Below are positions 24,675-37,517 of a stretch of DNA of 64,000 bases, in pieces (the stretch's first letter is position 1; each line of letters opens with the position of its first letter). The notes below the pieces were generated by a model. That model ran no database searches. It saw nothing but the letters and a program-made list of their open reading frames with translations, and had not been told where the DNA came from. The position numbers and the translations under genes are program-made. The DNA comes from Octopus vulgaris (Eukaryota), in NCBI GenBank assembly GCA_951406725.2, contig OX597815.1:106330001-106394000 (forward strand), in the 5' to 3' direction.

Positions 24675-24860
24675 CAATGAAGATGCTGAGAAAGAAAATA
24701 TAAAGAATCTTGACAATAAAAAAAAGGGCGAGGAGAAAGTCACTGTAAAGAAAGAAGTGACCAAGAAAGATAGAAAATCTAGATCTTCATCTCCTGAAAG
24801 ACGAGATAAAAGTCATTCTAAAAGTCCAAAATATCGACGTCGATCACGTTCTCAAAGCAG
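24675..24860 (+). CDS. SRRM1: SRRM1 exon 7 (charged/RS-rich)
   Basis: Acceptor aaaatag, donor CAG|gtaacg; 186 nt, phase 2-2; NEDAEKENIKNLDNKKK...RRRSRSQS; not in the ORF track. Confidence 0.85.
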
Positions 24861-24960
24861 GTAACGGTTGTGTTTTCCTCTTGAATATGAATTTATGAAG
24901 TTTTTATATAATGTTATCTGAAGAATCTTTTAAGCAAAACATATCATTTTCTTTTCTCAG

Positions 24961-25395
24961 ATCTCCTTCACGGCATAGATCGCCAAAATCCCATAAGTAT
25001 AACTCACCTCATAAATCTCCCCAGAGACGCACTATTTCTCCTGAAAAAAAGAGAAGTCCACCTTACTGGAAGAGGTCAGTATCACCAAGAAAAAAGCACA
25101 GTTCTCCTCCCCGTAAAAGGAGGAGCCCATCTCCAAGAAAACCTCGTAGCTCACCTAGGAAAAGGAGGAGTCCATCACCACGAAAGCGGAGGAGTCCTTC
25201 ACCAAGGAGACGACATAGTCCATCTCCATGGAGGCGACGTAGTCCCTCTCCTCGTAAGAAAAGAACTATTTCACCTAGGCCTGTCAGCTCTTTCAGAAGA
25301 AGAATAAGCCCAAATCAGAGAAAATGGATTGGATCAGCTTCACCTAATCCAAATAATAGACGTTCTCCACCAGGGCGCCGTCCTATAAGAAGGAG
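24961..25395 (+). CDS. SRRM1: SRRM1 exon 8 (RRSPSP repeats)
   Basis: Acceptor cttttctcag, donor AG|gtaaga; 435 nt, phase 2-2; tandem ~8-aa RKRRSPSP units. Confidence 0.92.
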
Positions 25396-28300
25396 GTAAG
25401 AATGTCTCTATATTTCACTGTTTTGGGAATGTTGATCTTTCACAAACAGTTGCATAAACATAAAGAAGTGGTCAACTAATATAGAAAATTATACATAGCA
25501 ACTTGACAAAACTGGAAAACTTTTATCAATTTCATTTGAACTTTTACTTTGTCTCCAATTTTAGTGCTGAGAAAAAGTAGTCTTTCATACTCCTAAATTG
25601 ATTGGATGAGCATTGCTGGCATGATTTGGATTGTATGTTCTGATCAACCAGGTGCAAACAATCCAACAAACACTTCATCTGTGTTCTTAAACATCACGTA
25701 AAAATAATATCCCAGTTTTTGTAGCAATTAATCTCTGCATTTATTACATGGAACATATAAATTGGAATAAACAAAAGTAAATAGCCAATGGAGATGACTG
25801 AGTGAACTCCATTTCTTCCAAAATTTTTGAAAGGTTTTCGCCCTATTCTCTTTCTGGAAATCATTGCTTTCTCTGCCAATAGCCTTATTAATAAATCTAA
25901 AGTTTATATTATTTTGTATAACTGTTGGCCACCGTTAGTGTTTGCCTAATGATAGTATGATTCTTTTAACATAATTACATGATTTACATTGGAATTTTGA
26001 TATGTACAAGTATTTTGGTAACATATGGCAACATGGTATTTTGTTAGCAAAATGGTTAATTTGGAAGTTGTTTAACTTTTGGCATCTTGTAACAAGCTTG
26101 TTTATTCAAATGCTTGTGTTATTTACTTGTCAGATTGTTGAAAAAATTGGTAACATTGTAAAAAAAAAAAGATTTAGGGTTTTTTTAATGCTTATGTTAA
26201 AAGCAGTGTTGTGCATGTGGTTAGTAACTGTCGTAGACATACAAACATCACAAAAATGTTATTCCCTGGCTTTTTTGCTTTGTCTCATGAAATTTATTGG
26301 TAAGCTATTTCAGAAGCAACATACCCAGGTATGCACAAAAATTGTTTATGTGCTAGGGGTATATTGTAAATGTTTTCCATAAAATAGACCATAATGGTTT
26401 ATTATATCTGAAAGTGATGTATAGAGAATCTTAATATAGTAAATGTGCTTATATCTCAGTAGGTGCAATAACTGGGGTTTCAGTTACAGAATATAAAAAA
26501 ACGTATATTAAGACATCAGGATTCAGAGAGATTGTAAAAGCATTTTTCATTGTTCAATATTGGAAAATACCATTCAGTATAATGCAACAATATATCCTTA
26601 TAATATTTTTTATGATTGTACATGTCATAGCATGACAGCTATATTATGTATTCACTTTTTGATCTTCACACTCAGGTAGCACAGTTACATAAACATAAAT
26701 AAGTAGTCACCTAATATAGAAAATTATACACTAATCTGAAGTGAGTTGTTAAGTAAATTAAAGCAGCTGTTTGTCCTCTGTAGTTCTGCAGTGTCAGTAC
26801 TATGTCTTTTTCTTGAAGAGCTTGCATATATTTTTGTACAGCTTTTTTCAATTTGACAAATTTCTATTTCAGGCAGTAAACACTGAGATGCTCAATAACA
26901 AACATTTTGTCTTTGAATAAAGTGATAAATGAAACAGGATATCTGATTTTCCCTCACATTCCAGATTATTTGCAAAAAATATATTTTTAATGCGATGATT
27001 TATTGAAAATTCAGAAACTGAAAGAGAATGCTTACATGGGTAATGATATTAAACTCTGGAAAGTGTGTATGTATGTATACAAGTATGCCTGTTTATACAT
27101 TCTAAGTATAAAACTTTTGTTAAAATTTGTATATAAACATACATACACAATGTGCTTAAGTTTTCTAAAGGAGCCCACCAAAAGAAGGTTTGATCCATAG
27201 CTTTAGTAGGCTTCTTTGCAAAAACAATGCACGCTATATGTTTGTGTTTACTCCATATTCATTTTACATGTTACCTGTAACAGAAAAGTTTCTTGATTGT
27301 ACAGGATCAGTTTGAGTATGCTTTCAAGTTTTTAGGTGTACTCTCTAAGGTTACACTTGGTATCTTCCAAATAAATTTCAACCACTTATGAAGTGATGTG
27401 TAATCTGTTGCCTTTTCCCCTTTCCTTTGTTAGGCATTGATTAAGTAGTAAACTTTAAAGGGACAAGGTACAATGCTAAACTTCACTTTTCATGCTTTTA
27501 TACACAAAAAAATTTTACATTACTCTCCTGTGTAACAATTTTCTTTCAGTTTCTGAATTTTTAAAAGTTACAAATAATCATTTGGAATTTGGTAAAAACA
27601 TCAGGTATTTCTTTCAGTTACAAATTATTTTCATTCACAAACAAAATGCTTTGTATTATTAGATTTTGGAGTTTATACTGGCATCATTATTTGATGCCTA
27701 TGTTCCATGTTGGCATGGATTGGACAGTTAGACAAGATCTGATGGGTCCAAAGACTGCATTGTGCTCCTCTGTTTACTTAAGCATGGCTTCTGCATCTGG
27801 ATGTTCATCCTAATGCCAACCACTGTACATTGTGTACTGAGTGCTTTTTTTGTGCCACCAGCACTAGTGGGGTCATTATGCAGCTTGCAAGACTATAAAC
27901 CCTAAAAGAAGCAGCTTTTCCTAAGAGAAAAGGGGTTAATATGTGAGAGAAGGCACCAGAGCCATGTGGCCATTCATATTTTAGAAGAAAGGTAGGAGTG
28001 ATCAAGAAAGAAATGTAGTGACGAGATATCTGTGTGGACCAGGTACAAGATAAGTGGAAATGAATGGGAGCAGAGTAACTGCAAGAGTGTTGAATAGTAG
28101 GATATGGTTAGCGATGGGGAATTGGTGATTGGGTAAATATAATGAATAAACAGTGAATGGTTAGATAAGGGGAGATAGTGAAGTGTAGATGACAACTGGA
28201 AGATTGAATAGTGTTGAAGGGTAGATGTAGTAAACAGTAGATAAGAGGTGACCAGTGATGCATAGTAAGAAAGAGTAGCAGGATGGTAATGCTGGTTCAG

Positions 28301-28602
28301 TAGACGGAAAGATTAGAGAGAGAGAATTGGTAAATGGATGGATAAGTTGCAAGAGGGAGGGAAAGTCTAGCATGAACAGAGATTGAGAAACATGGTAAAG
28401 CTGGGGTGATTTAATGGATAGGAGGAGGGTCAAAGATGTGGTTGGATAGGACAGTATTAAGTATGATGGATATCAATTTAAATGCTTCTAGGTTGTGAGA
28501 AAGATCAGTAGACTTAAGAAGAAAAGCTGCAGTTAAAGAGATGAAGGGTAGTGTAGGTTTCTTGGAGAGAAAATTTGTCAAAGGGCGCGCACACGCACAC
28601 AC

Positions 28603-28637
<35 letters not shown>

Positions 28638-28640
<3 letters not shown>

Positions 28641-30094
28641 CAAAAACCACACTAATAGCTTAGGAGTGAAATTTAGGATTTACCTGTTATAATAAAAACT
28701 TTTCTCAATTGGTTTGCACACTATGGCAACACCATTGTTATGTTTTCATTATTCTGTGTAACGTCCTGTCTTTTTTTTATTTCAGATTCTCAGTTTTTGA
28801 ATGAACCACGCTAATAGCTTTTGAGTGATAATAGCCCATCTAGACTTTTTTTTTTTTTTTCGGAACATGGAGAGTAATGATACATATTAAGCATACATTG
28901 AGTATATATTGAACAGAAAACCTTGATAATATTATAACATTTATTGACATAATGAATTATTTAGCCACATGACCACCATTTCAGTGGATAACTTCAAAAA
29001 CCCTATTAGTCATGGAATCTGTCCATTACATCCTCTGCTGCAGCTTTGATGGTCGCCCATAGGACATCTTTTAACATAAATTGGTGTCCATCAGCATAAA
29101 CATCTTGTTTAATAATTGTCCAAAGATTTTCAATAGGGTTGAGGTCTGGAAATGCTGGCAACCACACTATCAACCTTACACCTTGTATGCTGTAAGACCC
29201 TAGTAATGTTTGGGTGGTCCTAGCAGAATGGAAAGGAGTGTTGTCATACATAAATATGAGATTCCTTAGAAGTGACAGCGGTATGTCATCTAGCCAGGGA
29301 TCTAAGACCTCCTTCAGGAGATTGCAATGGGTGGCTATGGTCACTTTAACCCTTTCCAGCACCCTGATTGGGCCAACAAGTCTGTCCCCAATGATACCAA
29401 CTGACAACACAACTCCGCTCTGTTGTTGATGTTGTAAACGTTGGTGACGCTTATCTCCAAAATAGGTCCAACCATTAGGTCCATCAAGAGTTGCCTTGGT
29501 TTCATCAGTGAGCTGAACACAACTCCTGTCTAACATTATGATCCTTTGGGCCCATTGAAGCCTCAAACTCCTGTGACAGGGCATTAAAGGAGGCAGTTTC
29601 AGAGGTCCTTGCACAGAAGCCATGGTTCCAAGGATACAATTTCTAGTGGTTTTTGGCACACAAAGAAACCCAGAGGCAGTGAAAATGGCTTTGCTTGTTT
29701 GTCCGGGTTTCCCACATAATCTGCAGCCAATATTCCTTAAATCCCAAGCTGTCACAGTCAGATCGTTTCTTCCTTACAGAAGGGTCCGTCAGGAACCATT
29801 TAACTGTGTCCACATGATGACCTAACTTCTATGCAATGACATGAAGAAAAATGCCTCTAGCACTTTGCATGATGATGACAGACTTCATTGTTAAGTCCTT
29901 TTCTATGACCCATTATTCTTAGGAGGCTCACCCAAAAACTGAAGAATCTGAAATAGAAAAAGGAAAGGATGTTACACTGAATAATGGAAACGCCGATAGT
30001 GTGCAGACTAGCTAGGAAAAGTTTTATCAAAATCAACTCACAGGAAACCAAGAAATCCAATTTCACTCCTAAGCTATTAATGTGGTTCTGGGTG
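28638..30094 (-). mobile_element. Tc1-superfamily DD37E (TRT-like) transposon, decayed, with long TIRs
   Basis: TDETKATLDGPNGW, MYDNTPFH and PDLNPIENLW with 37 residues between the second D and E; ~180-bp imperfect TIRs (ctaatagcttaggagtgaaatt / aatttcactcctaagctattaa); inserted in a CA/TA microsatellite. Confidence 0.88.
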
Positions 30095-30189
30095 TATGTG
30101 TGTGTGTGTATGTATGTATATATATATTTATATTCAAGAACTGGATATTGCTATTCAACTCAGTCTCTTGTCGAATCCTTCGTGAGATT

Positions 30190-31470
30190 CAAGGAACTGC
30201 AATCAGCAGTTCGACCTCGCTATTCTACAATTTCCATCCATTTGCATCACATGACCATGCCAGCTCAGTCTTCTTTCTTGCACACTACATCTGATTCCTC
30301 TTACTCCCTGTTTTTCTCTCAGCACATTTGTATTATGTCTTTGTGCACATTTACATTGCACAACCAGTTGAGCATGCTCACTTTATTTCTTTTCAGTCTT
30401 CTGCATTAAAAGCCCACATCTCACTATCATGTTGCATCACATTTCTAACTCAAGCATCATACAATCTGCATTTTACTTGGGGGAAAAGACCTTTATTGTC
30501 AGTAGTGAAATATTCTCTTTGAAGTTTTTCCAGTCTTTTCTTAGTCTGGCTACTATACTTTTGAGAAATACAACCACCTCCCATGCTAATTATATCCCTT
30601 CGGTAACAAAAGCTGTCAACTACTTTTAGTGAGCCATCCAGGCATTTAAGAGAATCTAATTCTGATGATTATAGTACATACTACTTCAGTGCATCAATCA
30701 CATCTGAAGCTTACTTTCCTTGTTTGCACTTGTGATTTCTCTACACTACTTATTTAACCATAGCTTTCATTGGGTATAATGTATGGAGTTAATACCTCTT
30801 TTCGTAAATATATCAAGCAAGGCCACTATCTTGAAGATGCCAGGGTCATGTCTTTTTTCTTACTTACTAAAAACCTTAGTTTTTACTAAGTTTACTTCGA
30901 GGTCTCTTGATTTTAGGTTCAGTGTCCATGTCTGGAATTTCTTCTAATTCCCCTATAGATTCAGCTGTAAGAACTAGATCAAGAGTATATAGGAGTTTCC
31001 ATGGTTATTCAGTCTTAAAACTCATCTGTAAGAGCCTGTAGGATTTATGAATAGGAGAGGACTGGCCCTTGGTGAACTACCTTCATGCTAAATTTGTCAC
31101 TGAAATAGTTGTCATCTCACTCTGCTTACTGTGTCTTTGTACATAGCTTGTACATCCTTCACAAGCCATTCATCTAAACCACCAAACTACTGAACATGGT
31201 ACTCTGTCATATGGCTTTTCCAGATCAGAGAAAGTCAAGAATAGCAATTTATTCTTAGCCGAGTGTTTCTTCTGCAATTCTTTCATTAGGAAGATGGTAT
31301 CTGTGTGATCTCTTCTTAGTACAAAGCTAAACTACATCTCCGCTAGGTCTACTCACAGATCGTGTTCAGACTCTTTTTGTGACCTTTAGTCTGATCCAGT
31401 AGTTTAATTCCTCTGTAGTTGCTTCTCTCGAAGGCATCTTTGTCTTCATGGCAGTTTAAAATGATACTGC
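30190..31470 (-). mobile_element. Older degenerate RTE LINE copy in SRRM1 intron 8
   Basis: Collinear similarity to 4700-5730 (catgaccat.ccag..., tcggtaacaaaagctgtcaactacttttag, ggcttttccagatc); many stops. Confidence 0.75.
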
Positions 31471-32069
31471 TATAGCTTTCTATATACAACATGATTATGC
31501 ATCACTTGTTTGTTTTTGACTTTTAAATTTGAAAAGAATATTCTGCAGAATCATAAGCTCTGTTGTTTCAACAGGCAAATAAAAAGAAAAATACAGAAAA
31601 AAATCACAAATAGTTATCTGAAAGGGCCCAGTATTTAAATTTAAAAAAAGAAAACAAAACTTTTTCCTCCACCTAAAATCATAATCTTTCATGTTTTAAA
31701 CAATAGAACTCTGAAGAAGTTACCATAAAAAAAAATCTTGGCCACTTTAGTGGTACTCTTATTCCATAAAGCAAGCATCCAAGGTGGGCCAGCTTATTTG
31801 TAACAAAGCTTAAAATCATATATGTTCTAATAAAGTTAAAATTTCTTTTACTGCATGATACTTCATAAGTAATTAGGTCCTCAATAATTAAACAAGTTGT
31901 CATCATTATCATTTTCTTGGCAGCAAGTTCCATGAAGTAGGTGTATTAAGTCTGTGATGTAGTTTTAGATGCCTTTCCTTTTTTTAATGATAACAGCATT
32001 ATTATTTTCCCTTTCATCTACCCTAAAATAATGTAAAATCTACATCACAAACAATATTTTACTTACTAG

Positions 32070-32169
32070 GTCTCCAAGCTCCAGTTCTGTTTCCAGTAGT
32101 TCATCTGAGTCTTCATCAAGTTCAAGTTCAGCTGGTAAATCGAAGCGCACTACTGAAAATTCCAGAAGG
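32070..32169 (+). CDS. SRRM1: SRRM1 exon 9 (poly-Ser: SPSSSSVSSSSSESSSSSSSAGKSKRTTENSRR)
   Basis: Acceptor ttacttactag, donor AGG|gtaagt; phase 2 to 0; corresponds to the SRRM1 poly-serine tract; not in the ORF track. Confidence 0.85.
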
Positions 32170-32489
32170 GTAAGTAATTTGGTTGAAACAGGCTTGTATG
32201 ATAGTTTCTCCAGTTATTGACCCAGGCTTTTTAACTTCAATTAAAGGAAAAATGTTTGTATACAATTAAATCATAGACTAAGTGATTTTGTCTTTTCACT
32301 AGATAGTTTCAATCAGTTAGATTATTATTTTTTTGTTTCCAGATTTTATTAATTTCAAATTTCTCTGAAAAGCAAAGATGATGGAAAATATTATCAAAAA
32401 AAAAATTAATTGTTAGAATATTGTAACTTTTTAACAATAACAATTACATTTTATATATATGTATGTATATATATATGTATGTATATATA

Positions 32490-32530
<41 letters not shown>

Positions 32531-35500
32531 CTCTTTAGAAAGAGTGTTAAGAAACTCACTTTTCCTCTCAAACATAAATTTGGATTGTATTTATTTTGAG
32601 TATAATTCCATCATCTTTACTCTTAGCTTTATAGAATTATTTAATGGCTGCTTGTCACTGGGATTGTTGGTACAGTTAAATATGTAACATCTTGGTATTG
32701 TGCTGATGATCTAGACAGAAATGTTTCTTTTTATCATGATTATTTCCCTACAGTTAATTTGAATACTCCAAATTGATTTCAATTTCCTTTATAAATGAAT
32801 TAAATTTATTTAACATTGCATGTCCCTTTACATGATAATGAAATCTTTTTCCAGGCCTATCTTCATAAGAATTTCTAAACAAGGTGTAACAACATTTTGT
32901 GCAAGTGAATACTCAGAAACAATACGCTAGGTTCATTTTCAATGAAAATTGACGGATCTAGTTACCCACTTTTGTTGCTGCTCTATAAATTCTAGTCTGA
33001 ATAAAATTAGCTTTCCAGTTTTATTAAAACAAAACTAATTTCAGCGGGTAAGTGAAATTAGTGGGAATGAAAATAAATATACCTAGGTAGTTGATCAGTT
33101 GTCTTGTTTTGTAGAGAAATGGAATAGAAGTTTGAAGAAGTACTTTGTCAATGCACAATAAACTACTTCATGTTAAGTAGCTGTGGTTTTAATTCGAGTT
33201 GGACAAGTAGAGTTCCAACCTAAATGAGAGTAGGGTAGAGCAGAGTGATCCAGTCGTTTTAGACCCAGTTCTGAATGTTCATAATGCAGCTTCCAGGACA
33301 GGTGAGTGGAGAACATGAATAACAAACAAGTGAGATTATTGGTTACCACCTTATTGAAATAACATCATACTGATGGAAGTAGATATAAGAAAAGCGTTGT
33401 TTTGTAGACATGAAATTGGAAACAAAAAAAAACTGGATTTGGAAAATATGCGGAAAAAAATAAATGCTTCATAAAGCAATGACAACGAAACTGAATGATG
33501 CTTTCTTGCAAATACTCTCTAAGTTTAGCTCTTTGAAGGTGTATATTTGTTTGTTATATATTTGTTTTTATTGTGATATATTTAGTGTTTTTTGGACAGG
33601 TGAGACATTTAAATGTTTTTTGTGTTGAAATCCTAATCATTTTAGATGGAGAAAAAAGGAAAATAAGAAAATATTTTGAATGGTTTGTTTTTGTTTTGTT
33701 TGTTATTTTATTGGAAGCCTGACTAGAATATTTTTTAATGTATATTTCTTTAGTTCAATTTAAATCCAAAATTCTCTTGTACTTGCCATCTCTTATGGAA
33801 GTTCTTGTTATGTGTAGGAGAATGCAAATTAAGCTTGTGACTACTTTTGATGTTGAAATTTTGGATTTCTTTAATAAAAAGAAAGCAGCAATTTACTGTT
33901 TTTCGGCTGATCAATTTTTGGTTTTAAGGTCACTTAATTAGTTTTTTTAATAACAATGGTTAGACAGTTTCCTTGTATTAGAGGTTAATTAATATTAGAG
34001 TAGGATTTAATTAAGACTGCAAGATACAATTAATCTAATTTATCAGTACTATTCTCTTGTCTGCTAAACAATGCAGTGATTAATGCTACAATATTATTAG
34101 CTTTTTTGGCATTTCACCCTAAGTTAGTCTATTTCTTTTTTACTGGAAACCAAACAGAGACACTGCTGATTTGTTGAAGTTATTCTATTTTTGGAAGCAC
34201 ACATCCAGTGTTGAAACCTCTCCAAAAACGGAAACTGGAGGCCAATTTATGTTAAAACCAGGACAGTTTCAGAAAGATTGAAAACTTGTCACTGCTGGAT
34301 GTTTGCTCACAGATTATCATAATAACAGATTATTAAGGTAAGTTGCTTTTGTGTAATTTTTTAAATAAATTTTCACCAATATAGTTAATCAATTGTATCA
34401 GCAAATGCTTGCTGTGTGAGTACATTGAAACAATTAGATTTCATGTACCCTGGAGAAAAGAGTAAAATATATGTTTATGTGTTGTCTTTTTATTAAATAT
34501 GTGCTCGTCTATGTTGCATTTTTTTAGTCATTCTTTACTGTTTGCATGATAGTATAGATAATTTTATGTATGTTTGGTTAGATACAACATGGTTTGAGAG
34601 TCCGTTTGTTAACCAGTTTGATTTTTATGCAGAGAGGTGTGTTCAGTTAAGGAAGGAGGAGTTAACTAAGTTTTCACTTTGTCATTTCAGAATGATTGGG
34701 ATAGTTGAAGGGTTGTTGTATAAGACAATTAGTTTTGTGTGAATGAGCATAAATGCATTTGAATATTCATGCCTAAAAGATGTTATCAGTATTGAGCTTG
34801 TTTACTTTAGTCTAAGTATGAGGCAATGTACTCCTGAGTATTTTCAGTTTTCCATGCAGGTGAGTTTGTTTGTATATATAGAGGAAAGTGAGCAGGTAGA
34901 AGTTCCTGAAACCTTTGGAATAGAGGTGAGACATGCTTATTGAATGAATCTAGGAAGAAGTAGAACGTAACTAATCAGTTATATTTACTGTAGAAAAGTC
35001 AGGTCAATCTGGTTGTAATGTGTGTGTGTGTGGTCTGTTAAAGTGAGTAAAAGCATGTAGACTTTTATAGTTGTCTCTTAATGGTACAGGGCTAAAATAG
35101 GTTAGATTTTGCTGATCAGTCATAGTGAGTGTAAGTAGATGATGCATGACCTGGTTGGTAAAACTCTACTCTATTTATATATTTGTTGTATAGTTGGTGG
35201 CATTGAGATAGATCACTTCAACTTTCTGTTGCCTAGATATGAGTTGCTCCTCTTTACTTGTATTTATCTCTCCAAACTGCTCATTAGATAACTTTTTGGT
35301 ATTGCTTTATCTCTCAGTATTCCCTCTATGTTTGTATGCACACATGTTACTGTTACTTTTTCCAAACGTTTTAGGGATAGGTCTGAGTTTTTTCTTTGTT
35401 CTCTTCACCCTCATTTTCAGTGTCACCAATGTCAAAAATGTTGCCTAGAGCAAAATTGAGAGATGTCGTCTCTCAGTAGTTTCAACATCCTAAGAGAAAA

Positions 35501-36359
35501 TTTGCCATTGGAGCTGGTTGATGTCATTCATATAGAGAGCATCATTTTTTAAAAATGCAATTTGTATAGTACTTCTGATTATGTTTTGTGGTTATTGATA
35601 GACTTTGTTTACAAGGCTGTTGTCAATGGATTCTGATTATTACTGCTTTTCCAAAAGCATATTTGTGTTACAATACATAATACGTGAGTGTGGTATAATG
35701 CTGTGACAGTCAACATACCTAAGGCCAATGTTTTTAATAGTAATAGAACAAAAAATAATCTTGTATCATTTATGGAGTGATCTCATTGAGTGTATATGAT
35801 AGAATTAGCTAGGAAATCAGTATATTTAGTGACCACATTGGGATGTGAGTTGTGGTATTTCAGGACTTATTAACTATAGGATCATCTGCGGGATGAAGTC
35901 TCTAGATTTCTCTCATTGTTTGCAAAGAGTTTTTAATTCCTGTTACCTAAATCTACTCGCATTGAAATTATAATATAGAAGCTAAAATAAAAAAGTGAGT
36001 GGAAGAAGTTTAGGAACTTATTTTCTGTTTCCAACTAGTTGGTTCTCTCTCTATACCACTGGTAGCCTCAATGAAACATGTAATAAATATATATATATAT
36101 ATAACTCTTATATTCATTGGAAAAAAGCTAAATATTTAAATATATTGAAGGCAGGTGATGTGTGTGTGTGTGTGTTACATGGCAAACTCACTAGTGCTGG
36201 TTCCATGAAAAAAGCGCCCTGTTCACTCTTGTAAAGTGGTTGGCCTTAGGAATGGCATCTAACTGTAGAAACTAAGGTGTAGTTTTCTGATTCATCAGAT
36301 CCTGTCAAACTCTCCAGCCCATCCCAGCATGGAAGACAAGTTTTAGGTGATTATATATA

Positions 36360-37517
36360 TTGGGTTGGCAACTGAGTTCCCACTGCTTTTTTAAAAGGTT
36401 TAATAAAAAATAACAACTAATTAATCAATAATGTATTCACTCTTGTTGTTTACAACTTCTTCCCAACGTTCTACAAGATTTTCAATACCTCGTTGGTAGA
36501 ATTCACCCGATTTTGACTCGAAAAATTGATCCGATCAAGCTTTCAATTCTGCATCAGTATTGAACGAAATTCTGTGCATAGCATTTGAAAGAGATCAAAA
36601 GAGGTGGAAATCCGTTGGTGCCAAATCAGGAGAGTACAGCGGGTGTGGCAGCACTTCCCAGCCATGCGTTTGAATGGTCATATTGGCAATATGAGTGTGT
36701 GCGTTGTCGTGCAGCAGAAGAACTCCGTGCTGCCGATTAGGTCTTTTCTCCTGAATAGCCGTGTTGACTGTTTGGTTCTGTTCAGGCAATTTGTAATGGA
36801 TAATTCCTTCCCAGTCCCACTACATGCAGAGCATCGTTTTACACGGATGAAGATCTTTTTTCATGCACGGTGTCGCTTGTTTACCGGGGCTAAGCTATTC
36901 CTTATGCTGCTTCATATTGAAGTACAGGTACCATTTTTCATCGCCAGTAACGATTCGGTAAAGAAATTGTTGCATGTCCATGTGTTGAGCGGTGACAAGC
37001 AAGCAAACCAGTGGAAATTGTTACTCATTGATTTTTGTTGTCACTTGAAGCATGTGGAACCTATGCTCCATACTTCTGAACCTTTCCCATCAAGTGAAGA
37101 TGCTTCTCTATAGCATTGTGGGAACATTCCATTTTCTCTGCCAGTTCTCTTGTCGTTTGACGAGAATTTTCGTGCAAAAGTTGGTTTAATCGCTCTTCAT
37201 CGAACTCAACTGGACAGCCAGAACGAGGTGAGTCTTTGAGGTCAAAGTTTCCATTTTTTAACTTGGCATACCAATCACGAGTGGTTCTTTCAGCTATGAC
37301 ACCTCCTTACACAGCACCAATGTCGTGAGCAGCTTTTGCGGCCTTAGAACCTTGATTAAAAGCAAAAAGGTGGGTGTCGAAAATGCTCGTTTTTCTTAAC
37401 TTGACATTCCATTTTAATGATCTGAAAATAAACAAAAATTAAGTAAAATTAACTAGAAAAGAAACAAAATACATTCCAAAATTTTAAAAAACGGCGGGAA
37501 CTTAGTTGCCAACCCAA
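36360..37517 (-). mobile_element. Mariner (DD34D, mellifera-like) element with both TIRs and TA TSD, internally decayed
   Basis: TIRs ttgggttggcaactgagttccc / gggaacttagttgccaacccaa flanked by TA; MECQVKKNEHFRH start; LLHDNAHTH and WEVLPHPLYSPDLAPTDFHLF. Confidence 0.93.

Noticed and set aside
27990-28590. Purine-rich strand-biased region with several minus-strand ORFs
   Set aside because: Low-complexity, probably decayed repeat DNA; translations have no recognisable motif.
36604-37113. 169-aa plus-strand ORF
   Set aside because: Antisense to the mariner transposase; no independent features.
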